DNA of 64,000 bases from Escherichia phage vB_EcoM_OE5505. Shown here piece after piece: positions 48,256 through 62,512 of this stretch. Numbering within the stretch: position 1 is the stretch's first letter; each line of letters begins with the position of its first letter. The notes under the pieces are model-generated. The model searched no databases. It saw only the letters and a list, made by a program, of their open reading frames with translations, and was not told the origin of the DNA. The position numbers were made by a program, and so were the translations under genes. Location: sequence record NC_054926.1; one strand, 5' to 3'.

Positions 48256-50238
48256 ATGGCAAATACCCCTGTAAATTATCAATTAACAAGAACAGCAAAT
48301 GCTATTCCCGAGATATTCGTCGGGGGTACATTTGCTGAAATAAAACAAAACCTCATTGAATGGCTTAATGGCCAAAATGAATTTTTGGATTATGATTTTG
48401 AAGGCTCAAGATTAAACGTTCTGTGCGACCTTTTGGCTTATAATACGCTGTACATTCAACAGTTTGGTAATGCTGCTGTGTATGAAAGCTTTATGCGTAC
48501 TGCTAACTTACGAAGTTCAGTTGTTCAAGCTGCACAAGATAACGGATATTTACCTACTTCAAAATCCGCTGCGCAGACCGAAATTATGTTAACATGCACC
48601 GACGCATTGAATAGGAATTACATTACTATTCCTCGCGGAACTCGCTTTTTAGCATATGCAAAAGATACTTCTGTTAATCCATATAACTTCGTTTCTACCG
48701 AAGACGTTATTGCTATTCGTGATAAAAATAACCAATATTTTCCGCGTTTAAAATTGGCCCAGGGACGTATAGTAAGAACTGAAATCATTTATGATAAATT
48801 AACACCTATTATCATTTATGATAAAAATATTGATAGAAACCAGGTTAAATTATACGTTGATGGAGCAGAATGGATTAACTGGACAAGAAAGTCAATGGTT
48901 CATGCTGGTTCTACATCGACAATTTACTACATGCGTGAAACTATTGATGGAAATACTGAATTCTATTTTGGTGAAGGTGAAATTTCTGTTAATGCTTCTG
49001 AAGGAGCTTTGACCGCTAATTATATCGGAGGTCTTAAACCTACTCAGAACTCTACGATTGTTATTGAGTACATCAGTACTAATGGTGCTGACGCGAACGG
49101 AGCAGTCGGATTTTCATACGCAGATACATTAACAAATATAACTGTCATCAATATTAATGAAAATCCAAACGATGACCCAGATTTTGTTGGGGCAGATGGC
49201 GGCGGTGATCCAGAAGATATTGAGCGTATCCGCGAATTGGGTACTATTAAACGCGAAACCCAGCAACGCTGCGTAACTGCGACTGACTATGATACATTCG
49301 TTTCAGAGAGATTTGGTTCTATTATTCAAGCAGTTCAGACTTTCACTGATTCTACTAAACCTGGTTATGCATTTATTGCTGCTAAACCTAAATCAGGTCT
49401 GTATTTAACTACTGTACAGCGTGAAGATATTAAAAATTATCTCAAAGACTATAATTTAGCTCCTATTACGCCATCAATTATTTCTCCTAATTATCTTTTT
49501 ATTAAGACTAATTTAAAAGTCACATATGCTTTAAATAAGCTGCAAGAATCCGAACAGTGGCTCGAAGGTCAAATAATTGATAAAATTGATCGTTATTATA
49601 CCGAAGACGTAGAAATTTTTAATTCATCTTTCGCTAAATCTAAGATGTTGACATATGTAGATGATGCAGATCATTCTATCATTGGCTCATCAGCGACAAT
49701 TCAAATTGTTCGTGAAGTACAAAACTTCTATAAAACGCCTGAAGCAGGTATTAAATACAATAATCAAATAAAAGATCGTTCTATGGAATCTAATACGTTT
49801 TCATTTAATTCTGGACGAAAGGTTGTAAATCCTGATACTGGTTTAGAAGAAGATGTATTATATGACGTTCGCATAGTATCAACAGACCGAGATTCTAAAG
49901 GAATTGGTAAAGTTATTATTGGTCCATTTGCTTCTGGCGATGTTACAGAAAATGAAAACATTCAGCCATATACAGGCAACGATTTTAACAAATTAGCAAA
50001 TTCTGATGGACGCGACAAATACTATGTTATCGGTGAAATAAATTATCCAGCTGATGTGATTTATTGGAATATCGCTAAAATTAATTTAACATCTGAAAAA
50101 TTTGAAGTTCAGACCATCGAATTATATTCTGACCCAACCGATGATGTTATCTTTACTCGCGACGGTTCACTGATTGTATTTGAAAATGACTTACGTCCAC
50201 AATACTTAACTATCGATTTGGAGCCTATATCACAATGA
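48256..50238 (+). CDS. 6: Baseplate wedge protein gp6
   Basis: 660 aa; synteny 5-6-7-8. Confidence 0.9.
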   Translation: MANTPVNYQLTRTANAIPEIFVGGTFAEIKQNLIEWLNGQNEFLDYDFEGSRLNVLCDLLAYNTLYIQQFGNAAVYESFMRTANLRSSVVQAAQDNGYLPTSKSAAQTEIMLTCTDALNRNYITIPRGTRFLAYAKDTSVNPYNFVSTEDVIAIRDKNNQYFPRLKLAQGRIVRTEIIYDKLTPIIIYDKNIDRNQVKLYVDGAEWINWTRKSMVHAGSTSTIYYMRETIDGNTEFYFGEGEISVNASEGALTANYIGGLKPTQNSTIVIEYISTNGADANGAVGFSYADTLTNITVININENPNDDPDFVGADGGGDPEDIERIRELGTIKRETQQRCVTATDYDTFVSERFGSIIQAVQTFTDSTKPGYAFIAAKPKSGLYLTTVQREDIKNYLKDYNLAPITPSIISPNYLFIKTNLKVTYALNKLQESEQWLEGQIIDKIDRYYTEDVEIFNSSFAKSKMLTYVDDADHSIIGSSATIQIVREVQNFYKTPEAGIKYNNQIKDRSMESNTFSFNSGRKVVNPDTGLEEDVLYDVRIVSTDRDSKGIGKVIIGPFASGDVTENENIQPYTGNDFNKLANSDGRDKYYVIGEINYPADVIYWNIAKINLTSEKFEVQTIELYSDPTDDVIFTRDGSLIVFENDLRPQYLTIDLEPISQ

Positions 50239-53200
50239 CAGTAAAAGCACCTTCAGTCACTAGTCTCAGAATTTCCAAGTTATCCGCAAATCAGGTGCAA
50301 GTACGCTGGGATGACGTTGGTGCTAATTTCTACTATTTTGTAGAAATCGCTGAGACAAAAACGAACTCGGGGGAAAATCTCCCGAGTAATCAATACAGAT
50401 GGATTAACTTAGGATATACTGCAAATAACAGCTTCTTTTTTGATGATGCTGACCCATTGACATCATACATTATCAGAGTAGCTACAGCTGCGCAAGATTT
50501 TGAGCAGTCTGAATGGATTTATACCGAAGAGTTTGAAACTTTTGCTACAAATGCTTATACATTTCAAAACATGATTGAAATGCAATTAGCCAATAAATTC
50601 ATTCAGGAAAAATTTACTCTTAATAATTCTGATTATGTTAATTTTAACAATGACACTATAATGGCTGCATTGATGAATGAATCATTTCAATTCAGCCCAT
50701 CGTATGTTGATGTTTCATCAATAAGTAATTTTATTATTGGTGAAAATGAGTATCATGAAATACAAGGTTCTATTCAGCAAGTATGTAAGGATATTAACCG
50801 AGTTTATTTGATGGAATCAGAAGGAATTCTATATCTTTTTGAGCGCTATCAACCTGTAGTTAAAGTATCCAATGATAAAGGACAAACCTGGAAAGCCGTA
50901 AAGCTCTTCAATGACCGTGTAGGATATCCTTTATCTAAGACAGTATATTACCAATCTGCGAACACAACATACGTTCTAGGATACGACAAGATTTTCTATG
51001 GCCGTAAATCGACTGACGTTAGATGGTCAGCAGATGATGTCAGATTCAGTTCGCAGGATATAACATTTGCTAAACTTGGCGACCAGTTACATTTAGGATT
51101 TGATGTAGAAATCTTTGGTACTTATGCGACTTTACCAGCGAATGTATATCGTATAGCTGAAGCCATTACTTGTACGGATGATTATATCTATGTTGTTGCC
51201 AGAGATAAAGTTAGATATATAAAAACGAGCAATGCACCTATAGATTCTGATCCATTATCTCCAACATATTCGGAAAGGCTATTTGAACCTGATACAATGA
51301 CTATAACTGGAAATCCTAAAGCAGTATGCTATAAAATGGATTCTATTGGTGATAAAGTTTTTGCTCTTATTATCGGTGAAGTTGAAACATTAAATGCTAA
51401 TCCTAGAACATCAAAAATAATTGATTCTGCTGATAAAGGAATATATGTTTTAAATCATGGCACGAAAACATGGAAAAGAGTTTTTGGCAACACTGAAGAA
51501 GAAAGAAGACGTATTCAACCCGGATATGCAAATATGTCAACTGATGGTAAATTAGTTTCTCTGTCTTCGAGTAATTTTAAATTTTTAAGTGATAACATTG
51601 TTAATGACCCTGAAACTGTGGTGAAATATCAGTTAATCGGTGCTGTTAAATATGAATTTCCACGTGAATGGTTAGCTGATAAGCATTATCATATGATGGC
51701 ATTTATAGCAGATGAAAAATCTGATTGGGAAACTTTTACGCCTCAGCCGATGAAATACTATGCAGAACCATTCTTTAACTGGTCTAAAAAATCTAACACA
51801 CGCTGTTGGATAAACAACTCTGACAGAGCTGTAGTAGTTTATGCTGATTTAAAATATACCAAAGTTATTGAAAATTTTCCAGAAACATCGCCAGATAGAT
51901 TAGTTCATGAATACTGGGATGATGGTGATTGTACGATAGTAATGCCAAATGTTAAATTCACGGGATTTAAAAAATATGCGTCTGGGATGCTTTTTTATAA
52001 ATCTTCTGGTGAAATAATTTCTTATTATGATTTTAACTATCGTGTGAGAGATACAGTAGAAATTATTTGGAAGCCGACTGGAGTATTTTTAAAAGCATTT
52101 TTACAAAACCAAGAGCATGAGACTCCTTGGTCGCCAGAAGAAGAGCATGGATTAGCTGACCCTGATTTAAGACCATTAATTGGCACAATGATGCCTGATT
52201 CTTATTTGTTGCAGGATTCGAATTTTGAGGCATTTTGTGAAGCATATATTCAATATCTTTCTGACGGATACGGAACTCAGTATAATAATTTACGAAATTT
52301 AATTCGTAATCAGTATCCACGAGAAGAGCATGCGTGGGAATATTTGTGGTCAGAGATATATAAAAGAAACATTTATTTAAATGCTGACAAACGTGATGCT
52401 GTTGCAAGATTTTTTGAATCACGTAGTTATGATTTTTATTCTACTAAAGGAATTGAAGCATCATACAAATTTCTTTTTAAAGTTCTTTATAATGAAGAAG
52501 TTGAAATTGAAATTGAATCTGGGGCTGGTACTGAATATGACATAATCGTTCAATCTGATTCTTTGACTGAAGATTTAGTAGGACAAACGATTTATACAGC
52601 CACAGGAAGATGTAATGTTACTTATATAGAAAGAAGTTATTCTAATGGTAAATTGCAATGGACCGTAACTATTCATAATCTTTTGGGAAGATTAATTGCT
52701 GGTCAAGAAGTTAAAGCAGAAAGACTCCCTAGTTTTGAAGGCGAAATTATTCGTGGAGTTAAAGGAAAGGATTTGCTTCAAAACAATATAGACTATATTA
52801 ATAGAAGTAGATCATACTATGTAATGAAAATTAAATCCAATTTACCTTCTTCCCGCTGGAAATCTGACGTTATTCGTTTTGTTCATCCAGTAGGGTTTGG
52901 ATTTATAGCAATTACCCTTTTAACGATGTTTATTAATGTTGGTTTAACTCTTAAACATACAGAGACTATAATTAATAAATACAAAAACTATAAATGGGAT
53001 TCTGGATTGCCTACTGAATATGCTGATAGAGTAGCTAAATTAACTCCAACCGGTGAAATTGAGTATGATTCAGTAACAGGCGAAGCAATTTATGAGCCTG
53101 GCCCAATGGCTGGTGTAGAATATCCTCTTCCTGATGACTATAATGCTGAAAATAATAATTCAATATTTCAAGGTCAATTGCCGTCTGAACGACGTAAATT

Positions 53201-53333
53201 AATGAGTCCCCTATTTGATGCTTCTGGAACAACATTTGCGCAATTTAGGGATTTAGTTAATAAACGTCTAAAAGATAATATAGGAAATCCAAGAGACCCT
53301 GAAAATCCAACACAGGTTAAAATAGATGAATGA
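50235..53333 (+). CDS. 7: Baseplate wedge protein gp7
   Basis: 1032 aa; ATGA overlap with gene 6. Confidence 0.9.
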   Translation: MTVKAPSVTSLRISKLSANQVQVRWDDVGANFYYFVEIAETKTNSGENLPSNQYRWINLGYTANNSFFFDDADPLTSYIIRVATAAQDFEQSEWIYTEEFETFATNAYTFQNMIEMQLANKFIQEKFTLNNSDYVNFNNDTIMAALMNESFQFSPSYVDVSSISNFIIGENEYHEIQGSIQQVCKDINRVYLMESEGILYLFERYQPVVKVSNDKGQTWKAVKLFNDRVGYPLSKTVYYQSANTTYVLGYDKIFYGRKSTDVRWSADDVRFSSQDITFAKLGDQLHLGFDVEIFGTYATLPANVYRIAEAITCTDDYIYVVARDKVRYIKTSNAPIDSDPLSPTYSERLFEPDTMTITGNPKAVCYKMDSIGDKVFALIIGEVETLNANPRTSKIIDSADKGIYVLNHGTKTWKRVFGNTEEERRRIQPGYANMSTDGKLVSLSSSNFKFLSDNIVNDPETVVKYQLIGAVKYEFPREWLADKHYHMMAFIADEKSDWETFTPQPMKYYAEPFFNWSKKSNTRCWINNSDRAVVVYADLKYTKVIENFPETSPDRLVHEYWDDGDCTIVMPNVKFTGFKKYASGMLFYKSSGEIISYYDFNYRVRDTVEIIWKPTGVFLKAFLQNQEHETPWSPEEEHGLADPDLRPLIGTMMPDSYLLQDSNFEAFCEAYIQYLSDGYGTQYNNLRNLIRNQYPREEHAWEYLWSEIYKRNIYLNADKRDAVARFFESRSYDFYSTKGIEASYKFLFKVLYNEEVEIEIESGAGTEYDIIVQSDSLTEDLVGQTIYTATGRCNVTYIERSYSNGKLQWTVTIHNLLGRLIAGQEVKAERLPSFEGEIIRGVKGKDLLQNNIDYINRSRSYYVMKIKSNLPSSRWKSDVIRFVHPVGFGFIAITLLTMFINVGLTLKHTETIINKYKNYKWDSGLPTEYADRVAKLTPTGEIEYDSVTGEAIYEPGPMAGVEYPLPDDYNAENNNSIFQGQLPSERRKLMSPLFDASGTTFAQFRDLVNKRLKDNIGNPRDPENPTQVKIDE

Positions 53334-54330
53334 TTCAAGTGTTATCTATCGTGCGATAGTTACTTCAAAATTTAGAACAGAAAAAATGCTGAATTTTTAT
53401 AATTCAATTGGAAGTGGTCCGGATAAAAACACTATCTTTATCACATTTGGAAGATCAGAACCGTGGTCATCAAATGAAAATAAGGTGGGCTTTGCCCCAC
53501 CTTATCCAACCGATTCTGTATTAGGCGTAACTGACATGTGGACGCATATGATGGGAACAGTAAAAGTTCTTCCATCAATGCTTGATGCTGTTATTCCTCG
53601 CAGAGATTGGGGAGATACTAGATATCCGGATCCATACACATTTAGAATTAACGATATTGTAGTGTGTAACTCAGCTCCTTACAACGCTACTGAATCAGGC
53701 GCAGGCTGGTTAGTATATCGTTGTTTAGATGTTCCTGATACCGGAATGTGTTCAATAGCATCTTTAACTAATAAGGATGAATGCCTCAAATTAGGCGGAA
53801 AATGGACTCCTTCTGTTAGGTCAATGACTCCTCCTGAAGGTCGAGGAGATGCGGAAGGAACAATCGAACCTGGAGACGGATATGTTTGGGAATATCTTTT
53901 TGAGATTCCGCCCGATGTATCTATAAATAGATGCACAAATGAATATATCGTAGTTCCTTGGCCTGAGGAATTAAAAGAAGACCCAACTAGATGGGGGTAT
54001 GAAGATAATCTCACTTGGCAACAAGATGATTTTGGATTAATTTACCGGGTTAAGGCAAATACTATCCGTTTTAAAGCATATTTAGATTCAGTTTACTTTC
54101 CTGATGCTGCATTGCCAGGAAATAAAGGATTTAGACAAATATCAATAATCACAAATCCTCTTGAAGCTAAAGCTCATCCAAATGACCCAAATGTTAAAGC
54201 TGAAAAGGATTATTATGATCCAGAAGATTTAATGAGGCATTCGGGCGAAATGATTTATATGGAAAATAGGCCACCTATTATCATGGCAATGGATCAGACA
54301 GAAGAAATCAATATTCTGTTTACATTTTAA
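53326..54330 (+). CDS. 8: Baseplate wedge protein gp8
   Basis: 334 aa; overlap with gene 7; terminator hairpin after stop. Confidence 0.9.
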   Translation: MNDSSVIYRAIVTSKFRTEKMLNFYNSIGSGPDKNTIFITFGRSEPWSSNENKVGFAPPYPTDSVLGVTDMWTHMMGTVKVLPSMLDAVIPRRDWGDTRYPDPYTFRINDIVVCNSAPYNATESGAGWLVYRCLDVPDTGMCSIASLTNKDECLKLGGKWTPSVRSMTPPEGRGDAEGTIEPGDGYVWEYLFEIPPDVSINRCTNEYIVVPWPEELKEDPTRWGYEDNLTWQQDDFGLIYRVKANTIRFKAYLDSVYFPDAALPGNKGFRQISIITNPLEAKAHPNDPNVKAEKDYYDPEDLMRHSGEMIYMENRPPIIMAMDQTEEINILFTF

Positions 54331-54335
54331 ATTAA

Positions 54336-54353
54336 GGGAGCCCATGGGCTCCC
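54336..54353 (+). terminator. Rho-independent terminator after gene 8 (GGGAGCCC-AU-GGGCUCCC + U5)
   Basis: Perfect palindrome followed by TTTTTCTTT. Confidence 0.7.
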
Positions 54354-54361
54354 TTTTTCTT

Positions 54362-54369
54362 TATAAATA
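54362..54369 (+). promoter_or_regulatory. Late promoter TATAAATA for gene 9
   Basis: Exact TATAAATA between terminator hairpin and gene 9 ATG. Confidence 0.65.
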
Positions 54370-54393
54370 CTATAAACTCATAAGGAAACCGCT

Positions 54394-55260
54394 ATGTTCA
54401 TTCAAGAACCAAAGAAATTGATTGATACCGGCGAAATTGGTAACGCTTCTACTGGTGATATCTTATTCGACGGTGGTAATAAAATTAATAGTGATTTTAA
54501 CGCAATTTATAATGCGTTTGGCGATCAGCGTAAAATGGCAGTAGCAAATGGCACTGGAGCAGATGGTCAAATTATCCATGCTACTGGATATTATCAAAAG
54601 CACTCTATCGCGGAGTACGCAACTCCAGTGAAAGTTGGCACTAGACATGATATTGATACCTCTACTGTAGGTGTTAAAGTTATTATTGAAAGAGGAGAAC
54701 TTGGCGATTGTGTTGAATTCATTAACTCTAATGGATCAATATCAGTTACTAATCCTTTAACGATTCAGGCTATTGATTCAATTAAAGGCGTTTCAGGTAA
54801 TTTAGTAGTAACTAGTCCATATAGTAAAGTTACTTTACGTTGTATTTCATCTGATAATTCTACGTCGGTTTGGAATTATTCTATTGAAAGTATGTTTGGT
54901 CAAAAGGAATCACCGGCCGAAGGTACATGGAATATTTCTACATCTGGGTCAGTTGACATTCCATTGTTTCATCGTACTGAATATAACATGGCTAAATTGT
55001 TAGTTACATGCCAATCAGTAGATGGAAGAAAAATTAAAACGGCAGAAATAAATATTCTTGTAGATACTGTTAATTCAGCGGTCATTTCTTCTGAATATGC
55101 TGTCATGCGGGTTGGAAATGAAACAGAAGAAGACGAAATCGCTAATATTGCATTTAGTATTAAAGAAAATTATGTAACGGCAACTATAAGTTCTTCAACT
55201 GTCGGTATGAGAGCAGCAGTTAAAGTTATCGCTACGCAGAAAATCGGGGTGGCTCAATAA
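54394..55260 (+). CDS. 9: Baseplate protein gp9 (long tail fiber attachment)
   Basis: 288 aa; late promoter TATAAATA at 54362..54369. Confidence 0.9.
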   Translation: MFIQEPKKLIDTGEIGNASTGDILFDGGNKINSDFNAIYNAFGDQRKMAVANGTGADGQIIHATGYYQKHSIAEYATPVKVGTRHDIDTSTVGVKVIIERGELGDCVEFINSNGSISVTNPLTIQAIDSIKGVSGNLVVTSPYSKVTLRCISSDNSTSVWNYSIESMFGQKESPAEGTWNISTSGSVDIPLFHRTEYNMAKLLVTCQSVDGRKIKTAEINILVDTVNSAVISSEYAVMRVGNETEEDEIANIAFSIKENYVTATISSSTVGMRAAVKVIATQKIGVAQ

Positions 55261-57065
55261 TGAAACAAAATATTAATATCGGTAATGTTGTTGATGATGG
55301 TACCGGTGACTACCTGCGTAAAGGTGGTATAAAAATAAATGAAAACTTTGATGAACTTTATTATGAACTTGGCGATGGAGATGTTCCATATTCAGCCGGT
55401 GCCTGGAAAACTTATAATGCTTCATCCGGTCAAACATTAAAAGCTAAGTGGGGAAAATCATACGCTATTAATACCTCTTCTGGAAGAGTAACTTTACAAC
55501 TTCCTAAAGGAACTGTTAATGATTATAATAAAGTAATTAGAGCTAGGGATGTATTTGCAACATGGAACATTAATCCAGTTACTTTAGTAGCTGCTTCTGG
55601 GGATACAATTAAAGGGTCGTCATCGTCAGTTGAAATTAATATTCAATTTAGTGATTTAGAGCTCGTTTATTGTGCTCCAGGACGTTGGGAATATGTCAAA
55701 AACAAACAAATTGACAAAATTATTAGTTCAGATATTAGTAATGTAGCACGTAAAGAATTTTTAGTCGAAGTTCAAGGACAAACAGACTTTTTAGATGTTT
55801 TCCGCGGAACTAGCTATAATGTTAATAACATCCGAGTAAAACACCGTGGTAATGAATTATATTACGGCGATGTATTTAGTGAAAACAGTGACTTTGGCTC
55901 TCCTGGGGAAAATGAAGGAGAATTGATTCCTCTTGATGGATTTAATATTAGGTTAAGACAGCCTTGTAATATTGGTGACACTGTTCAAATTGAAACATTT
56001 ATGGATGGTATATCACAATGGAGAAGTTCATATACAAGACGCCAAATAAAAGTATTAGATTCAAAATTAACGTCAAAAACTTCTTTAGAAGGAAGTATTT
56101 ACGTTACTGATTTATCAACAATGAAATCAATTCCATTCTCTGCATTTGGATTAATTCCTGGAGAACCTATTAATCCTAATTCTCTTGAAGTTCGTTTTAA
56201 TGGAATTTTACAACAACAAGCTGGAACAGCAGGATATCCTCTGTTTTTGTGTGAAGGTGCTAACTCAGATACGCAAGCAGGATGTATATCTCTTGGTGGT
56301 GAATGGAAAGAATCTAACACAGATTATTCTATAGAATATGAAGATGGAAAACCTGTCAGTCTTTTATTTGATAGAAAATTTGAATCAGGTGATATAATCG
56401 TTATAACATGGTTTAATAATGATTTAGGAACTCTTTTAGAAAAAGATGACATTATTGAATTAACTGATGACCGTTATGTTAGTAAAGGATCATCTACTGA
56501 AGTTACTGGGGATGTAGCCTTAACAGATTTTGATAAAATCGGTTGGCCAAATGTTGAAAAAGTTGATTCTTATACTAGAACGTATAATTCAATATCATCT
56601 ATTTTCGATAGCATTTATCCTGTAGGTTCAATTTATGAAAATGCTATAAACCCAAATAATCCGGTGACTTATATGGGGTTTGGTTCGTGGAAATTATTTG
56701 GTAAAGGACAAGTTTTAGTAGGATGGAATGATGATGTTACAGATCCAAACTTTGCATTAAACAATAATGATTTAGATTCTAGCGGAAATCCTTCACACAC
56801 TGCCGGTGGAACAGTTGGAACAACGTCAGTAACGCTTGAAAATGCAAATCTTCCTGCGACTAAAACTGACGAAAGAGTTTTAATTGAAGATGAAAATGGA
56901 TCAGTTATTATTGGAGGTTGTCAATATGACCCAGATGAAACTGGTCCTATATATACAAAATATCGTGAAGACTATGCAACAACAAACTCTTCACATACTC
57001 CTCCTACTAATATTAGTAATATTCAACCGTCTATTACTGTATACCGTTGGATAAGGATTGCATAA
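55260..57065 (+). CDS. 10: Baseplate wedge/short tail fiber attachment protein gp10
   Basis: 601 aa; synteny. Confidence 0.9.
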   Translation: MKQNINIGNVVDDGTGDYLRKGGIKINENFDELYYELGDGDVPYSAGAWKTYNASSGQTLKAKWGKSYAINTSSGRVTLQLPKGTVNDYNKVIRARDVFATWNINPVTLVAASGDTIKGSSSSVEINIQFSDLELVYCAPGRWEYVKNKQIDKIISSDISNVARKEFLVEVQGQTDFLDVFRGTSYNVNNIRVKHRGNELYYGDVFSENSDFGSPGENEGELIPLDGFNIRLRQPCNIGDTVQIETFMDGISQWRSSYTRRQIKVLDSKLTSKTSLEGSIYVTDLSTMKSIPFSAFGLIPGEPINPNSLEVRFNGILQQQAGTAGYPLFLCEGANSDTQAGCISLGGEWKESNTDYSIEYEDGKPVSLLFDRKFESGDIIVITWFNNDLGTLLEKDDIIELTDDRYVSKGSSTEVTGDVALTDFDKIGWPNVEKVDSYTRTYNSISSIFDSIYPVGSIYENAINPNNPVTYMGFGSWKLFGKGQVLVGWNDDVTDPNFALNNNDLDSSGNPSHTAGGTVGTTSVTLENANLPATKTDERVLIEDENGSVIIGGCQYDPDETGPIYTKYREDYATTNSSHTPPTNISNIQPSITVYRWIRIA

Positions 57066-57724
57066 TGAGTTTACTTAATAATAAAGCGGGAGTTATTTCC
57101 CGCTTAGCGGATTTTCTTGGTTTTAGAACTAAGAAAAATGATATTTCGATTATGAATAATCAGCCAGTAGGCGCTGTAACAATTTCACAAATATCAAAAG
57201 GTTTTTATGATTCAAATGTAGAATCTGCTATCAATGACGTTAGAAATATGGCAGAGCAACCGGTTGGAGCTGTATTAGTTAATATAAGCGGCGTATCTCC
57301 TACTGGCGTGCAACAAACCGACTATTGGTCATTTGAAGGAACTGTTACTGATACTTCAGTCAAATCAGGTGACCCAGTTATTGTTAACATGTTTGGTATT
57401 CCAGTTAAAGCTACTAATGGAATGACTTCAATTGAATTTACTAGTGCCGTTAGAATAGCTCTACAGGAAATGGTTGTAAAATTTATTGCAATTGATTCAT
57501 TTGAAGACCATCCTACCATAGGAAATAAAATACAAGTTAAGTATTTAGATAACCAAGAACATATCTTAGAACAATACTCTGATAAAGGAATTACTTTCAA
57601 ACAGGAAATAATTTCTCCTTCTAAACCTGGGTATGGAACTTGGCAATTATTAGGTGCGCAAACTGTTACGCTAGATAGTCACACACAACCTACAGTATTT
57701 TATTATTTTGAGAGAGTAGCATGA
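57065..57724 (+). CDS. 11: Baseplate wedge protein gp11
   Basis: 219 aa from ATG at 57065 overlapping gp10 stop (TAATG). Confidence 0.9.
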   Translation: MSLLNNKAGVISRLADFLGFRTKKNDISIMNNQPVGAVTISQISKGFYDSNVESAINDVRNMAEQPVGAVLVNISGVSPTGVQQTDYWSFEGTVTDTSVKSGDPVIVNMFGIPVKATNGMTSIEFTSAVRIALQEMVVKFIAIDSFEDHPTIGNKIQVKYLDNQEHILEQYSDKGITFKQEIISPSKPGYGTWQLLGAQTVTLDSHTQPTVFYYFERVA

Positions 57725-59271
57725 GTAACAATACATATCAGCACGTATCAAATGAATCAAAATATGTTAAATTCGATCCTACTGGATCGAATTTTCCTGG
57801 CACTGTTACGACAGTACAGTCTGCATTATCAAAAATAAGTAATATCGGCGTAAATGGTATTCCTGATGCAACTATGGAAGTTAAAGGAATAGCAATGATT
57901 GCGTCAGAGCAAGAGGTTTTAGATGGAACTAATAATTCTAAAATCGTTACACCAGCTACATTAGCAACAAGATTATTGTATCCAAATGCTACTGAAACTA
58001 AATATGGTTTAACGCGTTATTCAACAAATGAAGAAACATTAAAAGGCTCAGATAATAATTCATCAATAACACCACAAAAACTGAAATACCACACTGACGA
58101 TGTGTTCAAAAATAGATATTCGTCTGAGTCATCAAACGGGGTTATTAAAATATCATCTACACCTGCAGCTTTGGCTGGAGTTGATGATACTACTGCGATG
58201 ACTCCGCTAAAAACCCAAAAACTTGCAATAAAATTAATTTCGCAAATAGCTCCTTCAGAAGACACTGCAACAGAATCGGTGAGAGGAGTAGTTCAATTAT
58301 CTACTGTTGCACAAATTCGTCAAGGAACTCTCCGCGAAGGATATGCAATTTCCCCGTATACCTTTATGAATTCTGTTGCAACACATGAATATAAGGGTGT
58401 TATACGCCTAGGAACGCAGACTGAAATTAATAATAATTTGGGTGGTGTTGCAGTAACAGGTGAAACACTAAATGGTCGAGGAGCTACCGGTTCTATGCGT
58501 GGAGTAGTTAAATTAACGACGCAAGCCGGTATTGCCCCTGAAGGTGATAGCTCTGGAGCATTAGCATGGAACGCAGATGTAATTAATACTCGTGGTGGAC
58601 AAACTATTAATGGTTCTTTAAATTTAGACCATCTTACAGCAAATGGAATTTGGTCACGCGGTGGAATGTGGAAAAATGGCGATCAACCTGTTGCCACTGA
58701 AAGATATGCGTCCGAACGAGTTCCGGTTGGAACTATTATGATGTTTGCGGGTGATTCAGCACCTCCAGGTTGGATTATGTGTCATGGTGGAACCGTGTCA
58801 GGTGACCAATTTCCTGATTATAGAAACGTAGTTGGAACAAGATTTGGTGGCGATTGGAATAATCCTGGCGTTCCTGATATGCGGGGTCTTTTCGTCAGAG
58901 GAGCTGGCACAGGCGGTCATATTTTAAATCAACGAGGACAAGATGGTTATGGAAAGGATAGACTTGGCGTAGGATGTGACGGAATGCATGTTGGTGGTGT
59001 TCAAGCACAACAAATGTCATACCATAAACACGCCGGTGGTTGGGGGGAATATAACAGAAGTGAAGGCCCATTTGGCGCGTCTGTTTATCAAGGATATCTT
59101 GGAACTAAAAAATATGCCGACTGGGATAATGCTTCATACTTCACTAATGATGGATTTGAATTAGGCGGACCGAGAGATGCCCTTGGTACACTTAATCGTG
59201 AAGGATTAATTGGTTATGAAACTAGACCATGGAATATATCATTAAACTATATTATTAAAGTTCATTACTAA
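57721..59271 (+). CDS. 12: Short tail fiber protein gp12
   Basis: 516 aa; repetitive fibrous N-terminal region and globular C-terminal receptor-binding domain. Confidence 0.9.
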   Translation: MSNNTYQHVSNESKYVKFDPTGSNFPGTVTTVQSALSKISNIGVNGIPDATMEVKGIAMIASEQEVLDGTNNSKIVTPATLATRLLYPNATETKYGLTRYSTNEETLKGSDNNSSITPQKLKYHTDDVFKNRYSSESSNGVIKISSTPAALAGVDDTTAMTPLKTQKLAIKLISQIAPSEDTATESVRGVVQLSTVAQIRQGTLREGYAISPYTFMNSVATHEYKGVIRLGTQTEINNNLGGVAVTGETLNGRGATGSMRGVVKLTTQAGIAPEGDSSGALAWNADVINTRGGQTINGSLNLDHLTANGIWSRGGMWKNGDQPVATERYASERVPVGTIMMFAGDSAPPGWIMCHGGTVSGDQFPDYRNVVGTRFGGDWNNPGVPDMRGLFVRGAGTGGHILNQRGQDGYGKDRLGVGCDGMHVGGVQAQQMSYHKHAGGWGEYNRSEGPFGASVYQGYLGTKKYADWDNASYFTNDGFELGGPRDALGTLNREGLIGYETRPWNISLNYIIKVHY

Positions 59272-59280
59272 GGATTACAA

Positions 59281-60738
59281 ATGATTGAATTAAAAGATTT
59301 ACCTTTTGTTGATAGCGTTCCTGATGAAGGTCAGGAACGTATTTCATGGATTAAAAATGGTGAAGAAATATTAGGAGCTAGTACTAAGTATGGAAATGAT
59401 GGATCAATGAATAGACCTATTGTTTCCGTGTTTAAAAATGTCGAAGTTCTTGATGAAAATGTGGGAATTCTTAAAACTGCCATTGAAACATCGCAGAAAG
59501 ATATTAAAACAATTCAAGGAGTTTTAGATGTATCAGGAGATATAGAAGTACTAGCACAGATCAGTGTTAATAAAAATGACATATCAAATTTAAAGACACT
59601 TACTAATGAACACACTGATATATTAACTGGAACTAATAATACAGTTGACAAAATTATTGCTGATATAGGTCCATTTAATGATGAAGAAAACTCTGTTTAT
59701 AGAACAATTAGAAATGATTTATTGTGGATTAAACAAGAACTAGGGCAATATTCTGGCCAAGACATTAACGGTCTTCCTGTTGTTGGTAATGCTAGCACAG
59801 GAATGAAATATAGAATAATAACAAATAGTACATTATTATCTTCACAAGGCATTCGTTTAAGTGAATTAGAAAATAAATTTACTGAATCTGACGTAGGATC
59901 ATTGACGGTTGAAGTTGGTAAATTACGCGATGAACTTGGTAATAAACCAGTAGATTTTGGACCAAATATTTATAATAGATTAAACACTATAGATGATAAA
60001 CAAACTTTAATAAATTCTGATATAGCAGAAATTAAATCTTCTATTGGATACCCAGAAAATGTTTCTATAATAACAGAAATTAATAATAACAAAAGTAGCA
60101 TTGAATCTATTAATAATGAATTAAATCAGAGTGAAGGTGTTAAACAGCGCTTAACGGCTATTGAAACTTCTATAGGTTCAGATGATATTCCTTCTAGTAT
60201 TAAAGGAAAAATTAAAAATCACACAACTTCTATTGAGTCTTTAAACGGAATTGTTGGTGAAAACACTTCGTCTGGTTTAAGAGCGAATGTTTCGTGGTTA
60301 AATCAAATTGTTGGAACTGACTCCAGCGGAGGACAACCGTCTCCTTCTGGATCTCTATTAAATAAAGTTTCAGTGCTTGAAGGAGAAGTTTCAGTTTTAA
60401 ACAATAATGTTCAAAATATACAAGTTGAAATAGGAAATAATAGAACAGGAATTAAAGGTCAAGTTATTGAACTTACTTCACTTATAAATGGAAATAATCC
60501 TGACGGATCAACTGTTGAAGAACGAGGATTAACTAATTCTATAAAAACGAATGAAACTAACATTGCGGCAGTCACGCATGAAGTAAATACAGCTAAAGAC
60601 AATATATCCTCTTTACAGAGCAGCGTTCAAGCTCTACAAGAAGCGGGTTATATTCCTGAAGCTCCAAAAGATGGCCAAGCTTACGTTCGTAAAGACGGCG
60701 AATGGGTACTACTTTCTACCTTTTTATCACCAGCATAA
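59281..60738 (+). CDS. wac: Fibritin (whisker antigen control) wac
   Basis: 485 aa coiled-coil with C-terminal foldon [27 protein letters not shown]. Confidence 0.93.
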   Translation: MIELKDLPFVDSVPDEGQERISWIKNGEEILGASTKYGNDGSMNRPIVSVFKNVEVLDENVGILKTAIETSQKDIKTIQGVLDVSGDIEVLAQISVNKNDISNLKTLTNEHTDILTGTNNTVDKIIADIGPFNDEENSVYRTIRNDLLWIKQELGQYSGQDINGLPVVGNASTGMKYRIITNSTLLSSQGIRLSELENKFTESDVGSLTVEVGKLRDELGNKPVDFGPNIYNRLNTIDDKQTLINSDIAEIKSSIGYPENVSIITEINNNKSSIESINNELNQSEGVKQRLTAIETSIGSDDIPSSIKGKIKNHTTSIESLNGIVGENTSSGLRANVSWLNQIVGTDSSGGQPSPSGSLLNKVSVLEGEVSVLNNNVQNIQVEIGNNRTGIKGQVIELTSLINGNNPDGSTVEERGLTNSIKTNETNIAAVTHEVNTAKDNISSLQSSVQALQEAGYIPEAPKDGQAYVRKDGEWVLLSTFLSPA

Positions 60739-60741
60739 CAT

Positions 60742-60757
60742 GGGGCCGCAAGGCCCC
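60742..60757 (+). terminator. Stable hairpin after wac (GGGGCC-GCAA-GGCCCC)
   Basis: GNRA-loop hairpin; no U-tract so may be a stability element rather than terminator. Confidence 0.4.
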
Positions 60758-60769
60758 AAAGGATTTTAA

Positions 60770-62471
<1,702 letters not shown>

Positions 62472-62512
62472 TAAATATTATAAACTAATTAAAGCCCAGA
62501 TTAGGAGAAATC